Shown piece by piece: positions 55,188 to 64,000 of a stretch of 64,000 nucleotides of DNA. Source of the stretch: the human T2T-CHM13v2.0 reference genome, Homo sapiens; the NCBI RefSeq assembly GCF_009914755.1, contig NC_060938.1; one strand, written 5' to 3'. The notes under the pieces were generated by a model. That model was not told the origin of the DNA. It made no database searches and was given only the letters and a program-made list of their open reading frames with translations. Positions within the stretch are counted from its first letter, which is position 1. Each line of letters starts with the position of its first letter. The position numbers and the translations under genes were made by a program.

Positions 55188-56668
55188 GAATTTGGGCACA
55201 AAAGAGTAAGGATTATTTTCTTTACTTAAACATGCTGCCATAAAGATCCCTAAGTATTCTTTATGACACATCTTAAATACTACTTATTTTTTATGAGATA
55301 GCTTAAATATTCCCTCCTCCACTCTCCTAAGCAAAGTCAGCTTTACCTATTTCTAGTCTCACTTTGTCCTATGGCTATAGTTTGATAAAACACTTATTGG
55401 TGCTAGTTTCATATTTCAAAAATTCTAAATGTATATTTTTCACATTATAATACCATAAAAATCTGGATGTGTGTTATAACTGATGTGATAAGAGCATCAA
55501 GTCACAGTTTTAATTGGCAGTATCTTTTTTTTCTCACTATTAAGTACAATTATTGTGTCACGATCACTGGAAACTTAGATTTGCTGGATTGCAGTAATAA
55601 ATACACATACCTGTCTTTATCAACAAACAACCCAAAAATGAGATCCATATCTTAATTCTTTATCTATCTTAGAGTCCCAGATAACGTCTGTTATATAATG
55701 GATGAGCAACAATGATTGGGTGAAATGATAATGTGCCTTATTATAATCAGTATGGTAATTATTGTCCCATTAAAAATAATAAATCTTTAAAAGTTTAAAT
55801 ATCATCCATAGAGACATACATACAGCAAAAATATGGTAAAGTAAAGGCAACATGTGCCCTCAGGTCTAGATTATTTATACTATCCTAGGGAGCACTGTCT
55901 TTCAATACACTAATAAACAAAAGACAGAGAGGAGGTTCTCATACTAGAGACAAACTACATGTGCATATATATATATGTACATATATGTATATATATATAT
56001 GAAATATGAATAATCAGATGGTAAAGACTAGGACAATTTAATAAATTTTGGGGAGAAATGAGCTCAAATGCATCTCAATTACTTGGTCACATTGAGAATT
56101 ATGTATGTTGATAACCTATGTGTATGTAATATAACTATGAAAACTTCTTAATGTAACGATCTGTATACATGAGTTCATCCTGATTTTTCCAACCCTAATC
56201 CATTACTCCATGGGTCCTTACAGCCTCCACCCCATGCTTATGTACAAATGCCCAGTCCAAATATAATAAAACTGGCTCTCACTCTCTACCATTCATTTAC
56301 TCAATTGTCCAATTTCTACACACACATAAAGCAGTGTCAAAATGTTTAACCTGTACTCCTGTGCAAATGTCATTATCAAATAGATTAAAGTGCTTGTGTA
56401 CAATTTCCTTTGTCTATAGTTTGAAAGATTTCATTTATTTACATTGCTATTTAGGTCAGTACATTTTCCTGTACCCCCTTTAATGAGGTTGTTAAATACA
56501 TTTGTAATACATTTTTTTTTAACATTCTGATGCCCATGCTAAGAAATTGCCTAAATAATATTGTTCCATTTGCATACATTAAGGTTCACTCTTTATGCTG
56601 AATATTTCAATGAGCTTTGGCAATGGCATGATGTTATATATCTGCAATAAGAGTTTCATAAAGAATAC

Positions 56669-59350
56669 TTTTCTCCTCAGCATTGGAAGCATTTGTTTTT
56701 TTTTTTAAATTATACTTTAAGTTTTAAGGTACATGTGCACAATGTGCAGGTTAGTTACATATGTATACATGTGCCATGTTGGTGTGCTGCACCCATGAAC
56801 TCGTTATTTAACATCAGATGTATCTCCTAATGCTATCCCTACCCCCTACCCCCACCCCACAACAGGCCCTGGTGTGTGATATTCCCCTTCCTGTGTCCAT
56901 GTGTTCTCATTGTTCAATTCCCACCTATGAGTGAGAACTTGCGGTGTTTGGTTTGTTGTCCTTGCGATAGTTTGCTGAGAATGATGGTTTCCAGCTTCAT
57001 CCATGTCCCTACAAAGGACATGAACTCATCATTTTTTAGGGCTGCATAGTACTCCATGGTGTATATGTGCCACATTTTCTTAATCCAGTCTATCATTGTT
57101 GGACATTTGGGTTGGTTCCAAGTCTTTGCTATTGTGAATAGCACCGTAATAAACATATGTGTACATGTGTCTTTATAGCAGCATGATTTATAATCCTTTG
57201 GGTATATACCCAAAGTAATCGGATTGCTGGGTCAAATGGTATTTCTAGATCCCTGAGGAATCGCCACACTGACTTCCACAATGATGGAACTTGTTTACGG
57301 TCCCATCAACAGTGTAAAAGTGTTCCTATTTCTCCACATCCTCTCCAGCACCTGTTGTTTCCTGACTTTTTAATGATCGCCATTCTAACTGGTGTCAGAT
57401 GGTATCTCATTGTGGTTTTGATTTGCATTTCTCTGATGGCCAGTGATGATGAGCACTTTTTTATGTGTCTTTTGGCTTCATAAATGTCTTCTTTTGAGAA
57501 GTGTCTGTTCATATCCTTTGCCCACTTATTGATGGGGTTGTTTGTTTTTTTTCTTGTAAATTTGTTGGAGTTCATTGTAGATTCTGGATATTAGCCCTTT
57601 GTCAGATGAGTATATTGCAAAAATTTTCTCCCATTCTGTAGGTTGCCTGTTCACTCTGATGGTAGTTTCTTTTGCTGTGCAGAAGCTCTTTAGTTTAATT
57701 AGATCCCATTTGTCAATTTTGGCTTTTGTTGCCATTGCTTTTGGTGTTTTAGACATGAAGTCCTTGCCCATGCCTATGACCTGAATGGTATTGCCTAGGT
57801 TTTCTTCTAGGGTTTTTATGGTTTTAGGTCTAACATTTAAGTGTTTAATCCATCTTGAATTAATTTTTGTATAAGGTGTAAGGAAGGGATCCAGTTTCAT
57901 CTTTCTACATATGGCTAGCCAGTTTTCCCAGCACAATTTATTAAATAGGGAATCGTTCCCCCATTTCTTGTTTTTGTCAGGTTTGCCGAAGATCAGATTG
58001 TTGTAGATATGTGGCATTATTTCTGAGGGCTCTGTTCGGTTCCGTTGGTCACATTTGTTGTTTTATGACTTTTTATCATAGCCATTCTGACTGGTGTGAG
58101 ATGGTATCTCACTGTGATTTTGATTTGCATTTCTCTGATGATTAGTGATGCTGAGCAGTTTTTAATGTTTGTGTGTACTTGAGTGTCTTCTTTTGAGAAG
58201 TGTCTGTTCATGTCCTTTGCCCATTTTTGCAATGGGGTTATTTGTTTTGTCCTCACTGATTTAAGTTTCCTATAGATTCTAAATATTAGGCCTTTGTTAG
58301 ATACATAGTTTGTGAATATCTTCTCCCTATTCTATAGCTTGTCTCTTTGCTTTCTTGACAGTTTCCTTTGCTGTGCAGGAGCTCTTTAGCTTAATTAGGT
58401 CCCACTTGTCTATTTTTGGTTTTGTTGTGATTGTTTTTGAGGATTTAGCCAAAAATTCTTTGCCAAGGCTTATTTGAGAAAAGTATTTTCTAGTTGTCTT
58501 CCAGAATTTTTATAGTTTGAGGATGTACATTTAAATATTTAATTAATTTTGAATAAATTTTTGTATATGGCAAAATGTAAGTGTCCAGTTCAATTGTCTG
58601 CATGTGGCTAGCCAATTATCGCAACACCATTCAATGAATAGGAAGTCCTTTCTCCTTTGCTTATTTTTGTCACCCTTGTCAAAGATCAGATGGTTGTAAG
58701 TGTGTGGCTTTATAATGAACTATAGGTTGGAATGTAAATTAGCCCAGCCACTATGGAAAGCAGTCTGGAGATTTCTCAAAAATATTAAAACAGAGCTACC
58801 ATTTGACCCAGCAATCACATTATTGAGTATATATCCAAAAGAAAATAAGTTATTTTACCAAAAAATCACATGCACTTGTATGTTCATTGTTGTGCTATAG
58901 TAAAAATAACAAAGATATCGAATCAACCCAGGTGCCCAACAATGGTAGGTTGAATAAAGAATATGTGGCACAAAAACACAATAGAATACTACACAGTCAT
59001 GAAAAAAGAATAAATCATGTCACTGGCAGCAAAATGGATCGAGCTGAAGGCCATAAAATCCTAAGCAAATAAACACAGAAACAGAAAATTACATACCATA
59101 TATTCTTACTTATATGTAGGAGCTAACATTGAGCACACATGGGCATAATTATAAGAAGAATAGACACTGTGGACTACTAGAAGGTTAGGGGAGGATGGTG
59201 GGTTAAAAAACTACCTATCAGGTGTTGTGCTGACTACTGGGTGATAAAAGCTGTACTCTAAACGTCTGCATCACTCAATGTTCCCATGTAACAAATCTGC
59301 ACATGCATCTCTTGTGTTTAAAATAAAAGTTGAAACTAAAAAAAAAAAAA
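56669..59350 (+). mobile_element. Twin-primed L1PB/L1PA16-17-like element: inverted part 56669-56697 + 58052-58712 (-), sense part ~58713-59350
   Basis: Antisense part starts 'cttttctcc'; sense part starts near the adjacent consensus position 'ggaatgtaaattagcccagccactatggaaagcag'; 3'UTR 'ggactactagaagg...aaaaactacctatcagg' plus poly(A). Confidence 0.85.
56698..58050 (-). mobile_element. Young 5'-truncated L1PA3/4-like element
   Basis: 'tatactttaagtttt..ggtacatgtgcacaatgtgcaggttagttacat'; TSD CATTTGTT at 56690-56697 and 58052-58059; ORFs 57526-58017, 57306-57575 and 56914-57213 are frameshifted pieces of the ORF2 C-terminus. Confidence 0.96.
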
Positions 59351-59902
59351 GAAATTAACGTCTCTAAAAAATAATTCCTGTGTTTCATCTATTCAGTCCT
59401 TTTCTCCCCAACTCTTAGTAAGCATAGGTATTTCTCTTGTCTCTAGAGTTTTGTCTCTTCCAGACTGTTATAGAATTGGAATCATACAGTATATATTTTT
59501 CTCAGACAGGCTTTTTTCACTTAGCAATATGCATTTTACATTCATCATGTCATTCCGTAGCTTGATAACTCATTATTTTTATAGTTGAATAATATTCCAT
59601 CATATGGATATCACACAGATTTTTAAACACAATTTAGTTATTGAAGAACATCTTAGCTGTTCCCAGTTTATGGCCATGAAGAATAAACCTTCTGTGAACA
59701 TTTATGTGGAGGTGTTTTGGGTAGACATGTTTTCAAATCACTTTGATAAATACCTAGGAGTGTGACAGCTAGATAACAAAATAAGACTATGTTTTACTTT
59801 GTAGGAATCTATCATACTGTGTTCTAAATAGGCAGTGCCATTTTGTATTCCCACCAAAAATAAGTGAGAGCTTCTGTTGTTCTTTATGCTCACCAGAATT
59901 TG

Positions 59903-59986
59903 ACAAATACTTACTCCAAATAGCCAAAATACAAAACCCTAACAATCTGGATTTTTGTATTTTGGCTATTTAGAATAAGTATTTGT
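59903..59986. repeat. Inverted repeat: 34-bp arms, 16-nt loop
   Basis: ACAAATACTTACTCCAAATAGCCAAAATACAAAA / TTTTGTATTTTGGCTATTTAGAATAAGTATTTGT, 32/34 Watson-Crick pairs. Confidence 0.95.
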
Positions 59987-61315
59987 AAGTATCTCAAAGT
60001 TTTAATTTAAAATTGCCTAATAACACTTGATTTGATAATCAGTTCTGATTTGCATATGTGTACTTTTTTTATTTGGGTGAGGTGTCACTTCATATTGATT
60101 GTCTATTGTTCTTTTTCCTGTTATTTAGTTTTAAGAATTATTTGTATATTTGGATACAAGATATTTATCAAATATTCATTTTTCAGCTATTTTCTCCGAG
60201 AATGTGAATTGTCTTTATATTGACTGAACAATGACTTTTGAAAAGCAGAATATTTTTAACATTAGTAAATTCCTATAAATCAATTTTTATTTTTATGTAT
60301 TGTGCATTTAGATAATTATTTAAAAACTCATCACAAAACCAATTATCAAATAGATTTTTTTCTCCTACATCTGCTACTGGAAGATTTGTTTTTTCACATT
60401 TTGCATTTAGGTTTATGCTCCATATTTGAGTTAATTTTTTTTTGAAAGTTATGAAGTCCATGTCTAAGTTGTGGCCATAATTTTTGCAGTTTTTGTGAAA
60501 CAACATTCCTTGATATAGCTAGTTTACTAAGACCAATATTTTAAAAATATATAAATAGATGTAAATTGTACTAAATAAATTTTTCCTCCATCAATGTGTT
60601 TCTCTTTTATTTGTTAATGTGGTAAATGGCATTTATAGATTTTTCTGTGTAAAATAATCCTTGGTTTTGTAGAATAAGCCACATCATTTCTGAAAGAATA
60701 TGCTTTTATATACCACTGTATTTATAATAGCTTGAAATTTTTTGTGTACAAGTTTTTGCATCTACATTTATGCCTACAACTGGATTTTAATTTTTTATTT
60801 TATTGTATTTTTATTATTTTGGTATTATGAATATACTTACCTCATAGAATGCATTGAGGAATATCTTTCTTTTAATCATTTTTATAATATTTTTTATATA
60901 AATACTTCCATGACTAACTGTATTTGTGGTACGTTTTTAATCAGTGATTTATATATTCTGTTTAATAGAGGTCTTTTCAGTGTTTTTATTTTGGAGTCAA
61001 AGTTTTAGCTTACTTTTTTTCTGTATATATAATGCATATATATGCACATTATATGTATAGACATACATGAGAGATTTAATAATTTAATAACAAGAAAAAG
61101 AGTATTCGCATGTTTCATAGCCTGAAGTATCTAATTAAGTTAGATGTCACTTTATATTATAAATTAAAGATAAGAACCTAGGTTATCTTGATTTCAGAGA
61201 GACCTAAGATTCACATTAGTTCACATAGTCGCAGTGTGCATTGCTTGCAGCATGTTTTCAGATGGAATGAGAAATTATTGCGTCGTTTTCACAGCACATG
61301 GAGAAGGGGGCCCAG

Positions 61316-61635
61316 TGTAGTTAATGATTACCACAATGGCCCTCAGGGAATACATCCTTTTATGTCCAAACATTATTGAAACATATCACTTCTCATTCTC
61401 CTTATCAAGAAATAGTTATTTGTATTTTTGAATCTGGGCAGATCTTGAAACTTGTTTTGACCAATATGATGTGGCAGAGGAGAGGTGGTATGAGTTCCAG
61501 AGCCTAGGAATTCAGAGTCCATGCAGCCTCTGTTCTCATGTTCTTGGAAACTTGATAACATGAGGTGAGAAATCCAGTGTAAATTACTAGAGGATAAGAG
61601 GACACATGCCAGAATATCGAGGCATCCAGCAGGAA
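61316..61635 (+). mobile_element. MLT1G/H-like MaLR LTR fragment
   Basis: 'ttgaatctgggcagatcttgaaacttgttttgaccaatatgatgtggcagagg...gagttccagagcctagg'. Confidence 0.7.
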
Positions 61636-61824
61636 TGACCTTGGGTCCACTCCTTAATGCTGTCCATGACATATTTTAGTATTGGTCTTTCTCTTAGGAG
61701 CACACAAATTTGGCCACTTTCCTATCTTTTTCATAACCTCATAATTCACTATAGATGTTGCTTTAGCACTTTATAGAGCAGCCTCGTATAGAAATCTGTG
61801 AATTTCCTCTTCTTTCTAGATAGG

Positions 61825-62281
61825 CTCAATTAATTAACCTTAAACTCACACCCAATAGCACCTCTAACTCATGCTTGAACAAAGCTCATCCAACACACAA
61901 ATTTTTTTCCCTAAGACATATCATAGCTTTCTTGTGCTGAGGAACATTAGACAGTATTTTAGTGCTACTCTTGGGGGCCAATATAGACAGTGAAATAACA
62001 ACAACAACAACAACAAAGCACATACATGTGGAAAATATGGCACTAAACAGACTCCAAAAAGGACAGCTGTTTTGAATATGAGATCTAAAACAAAAAAAGT
62101 GTCACACTGTGTTACCTCAGGTGGAAAAGGGCATGTCTGGCAACGCAAATATTTCACTGCTCTGGACATATCCACAAATGACTGCAAGAGTGCCCTGAAT
62201 ATTCATTTGGGGCTTAAAAATAAATTGTAATGAGTGGTGAAATTTATAAATATGAAATATATGAGTAATGAGAATTGACCA
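61825..62281 (-). mobile_element. MER82-like TcMar-Tigger DNA transposon fragment
   Basis: 'ctaactcatgcttgaacaaagctc...aggaacattagacag...ggcactaaacagac...acctcaggtggaaa...tgagtaatgagaattgacc'. Confidence 0.75.
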
Positions 62282-62429
62282 TATATAGATTATATATGTG
62301 TATTACCATCTTGAAATTTATCTCGTAAAATGGTGAAAAATTCTCAGCTGAAATGGAACAAGGCATTGCTCTGGCTTCTTGTCTCCACATTTTTGCAGAG
62401 ATGACCTGAGGATGGAGATAGGAGGAGAA

Positions 62430-63085
62430 GTGTAGGGTAATGTAAGAATCTCTGGCTCTGGGGCCAGGTGAGGCAAGTATAAAACCTATTTTGATCAGTA
62501 CTGAATGTCAACTTGATTGAATTGAAGGATGCAAAGTAGTAATCCTGGGCGTGTCCGTGAGGGTGTTGCCAAAGGAGAATAACATTTGAGTCAGTGGACT
62601 GGGAAAGGCAGACCCACCCTTAATCTGGGTGGGCACCATCTAATCAGCTGCCAGCAAAGCCAGAAGATAAAGCAGGCAGAAAAACCTGTAAAGATTAGAC
62701 TGGCCTAGCTTCCCAGCCTACATCTTTCTCCTGTGCTGGATGCTTCCTGCCCTCCAACAGTGGACTCCTAGTTCCTTAGTTTTAGAGCTTGGACTGGCTC
62801 TCCTTGTTCCTCAGCTTGCAGATGGCCTATTGTGGGACTCTGCAATCATGTGAGTTAATACTTAATAAACTCCCCTTTATATCTATCTATCTATCCTATT
62901 AGTTCTGTCCCTCTAGAGAACCCTGACTAATACGAAACCTAACTTGACACTTGTTAGTGGAGCAGTCTCAGGGAAATCACTTAACGCATGTGAACCTTGT
63001 TTTCTCTTTTATAAAACTGAAACAATAGAATCTACCAGGATGAGTTCTTTTTAGGAGTTAAGATCATAATATATGTGAGATAGAT
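62430..63085 (+). mobile_element. MIR split by the MLT2A1 LTR
   Basis: 5' part 'taagaatctctggctctggggccag'; core resumes at 62935 'cacttgttagtgg...gggaaatcacttaac...tataaaactg'. Confidence 0.7.
62487..62934 (+). mobile_element. MLT2A1 (HERV-L) solo LTR
   Basis: ~448 bp; 'tgtcaacttgattgaattgaaggatgcaaagt...ctagagaaccctgactaatac'; perfect 5-bp TSD AAACC at 62482-62486 and 62935-62939. Confidence 0.93.
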
Positions 63086-63284
63086 CCATCTGTCTATATG
63101 TGTATCTTTCCCTTAAGAACAGTGGTTCAGAATTCACTCATTCTATGTTCACAGAAAATTTATAGACCGTAACTATTTGGAATAATGAGAATTAACTGAA
63201 TATACTTATATGTATATATATTAAATTATAAAATTCATACGTATATATACAACTATACCTGTGTGTTTATAGTGTTCTGATTCT

Positions 63285-63545
63285 AATCACATGAAATGCT
63301 TAGAAAAAGGCAAATTAGAAGAAACAAACATTAATGGGACCCTGGGTTTAGGCATAGAAAGGAGGATTAGTTGTAAATGGACGTAAGAATTCTTATTAAA
63401 GGTATAGAACGTTCTAAAATTGATTCGTGGTGATGGTTGCCCACATAAAGTTACTAAATATTGTCACAGAAGTGTGTAATGGGTAAATTTATGATATATA
63501 TCTATCACAATATGAGTGTTATATATTAAAACTTATAAAATAATA
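63285..63545 (+). mobile_element. L1ME-type 3' end
   Basis: 'aaaaaggcaaatt...tagaacgttctaaaattgattcgtggtgatggttgc'. Confidence 0.7.
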
Positions 63546-63809
63546 ATTTTAATTTCTTTTTCCTTTCCTTGTTACAATTTTTGGGAGGTCTAGTTCATAA
63601 TTACCTCCTTGAGAGCACAAAAAATGTTTTACTTGATTCCTAAAGTATATGTATTGATTGCCGTGCTATACGTCCTTTTGTCTTCTCTGTCTTTCTGCAA
63701 CACTATTTCTTCTTATTCCTAGCATATTTAATACCAAAGTCAACAAAGAGCTTCCGAAGTCCAACATGTGCCTAAAATTTTGATGACTTTATTATTTCAT
63801 TTACGTACC

Positions 63810-63930
63810 CGTTCATTCAATAATTATTGCCTACTGTGTGCCTGCAGATAGAATGCTAAGTAAAACAAACAAACACAAAAAACCATGGTGCCCATCCTCT
63901 CAAAGTTTATAGTTAGAGAAGTCTACTTTT
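63810..63930 (-). mobile_element. L2 3' fragment
   Basis: 'ttcattcaataattattgcctactgtgtgcc...cccatcctctcaaagtttatagttag'. Confidence 0.6.
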
Positions 63931-64000
63931 GGGGTAGGTCTAGAACAGTTAATTGCTCAAGAAATTGACAGTCTCTCCAAGTCCCTTCTGGTCTACACAT

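Larger units (their letters stand above)
56130..60470 (-). mobile_element. L1MD/L1MC-type element (pieces ~56130-56668 and 59351-60470) hosting two nested L1s
   Basis: 'gagtttcataaagaata' resumes as 'tctctaaaaaataattcctgtgtttcatctattc' after the nested inserts, as expected for a continuous L1MC/MD 3' region. Confidence 0.8.

Noticed and set aside
56914-58017. Three consecutive L1 ORF2-like ORFs as an active retrotransposon
   Set aside because: Frameshifted C-terminal fragments of a 1.35-kb 5'-truncated copy, with no promoter, ORF1, endonuclease or RT core

Overview
AT-rich, CpG-poor, repeat-dense primate (probably human or ape) DNA from a gene desert or deep intron. I find no credible protein-coding gene, structured RNA gene, CRISPR array or prokaryotic system. 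The ORFs in the track are degraded LINE-1 ORF2, MaLR-internal or Alu read-through, or chance AT-rich frames. The window is a fossil record of transposable elements. It holds two THE1 (ERVL-MaLR) proviruses, an MLT2A1 (HERV-L) solo LTR with a perfect 5-bp target-site duplication (TSD), about ten Alus or Alu fragments, and many L1s. These include two twin-primed (5'-inverted) L1s, a three-level L1 nest and an L1 that keeps its 5'UTR but lacks its 3' end. MER1A, MER20, MER50, MER82, L2, MIR and MLT1 relics and microsatellites are also present. The most interesting features are: (i) a THE1C 5' LTR with a consensus DUX4 motif, a TATA-like box and a perfect 5' splice site, whose sister 3' LTR has lost that promoter block; (ii) two near-perfect fold-back hairpins (31 and 34 bp arms) formed by local inverted duplication inside repeats; (iii) several microhomology-bounded deletions, one fusing an Alu to a THE1D LTR; (iv) L1 breakpoints that recur at the same ORF2 positions. 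Repeat subfamily names come from my memory of consensus sequences and need RepeatMasker/Dfam confirmation. Boundaries of old elements are approximate.
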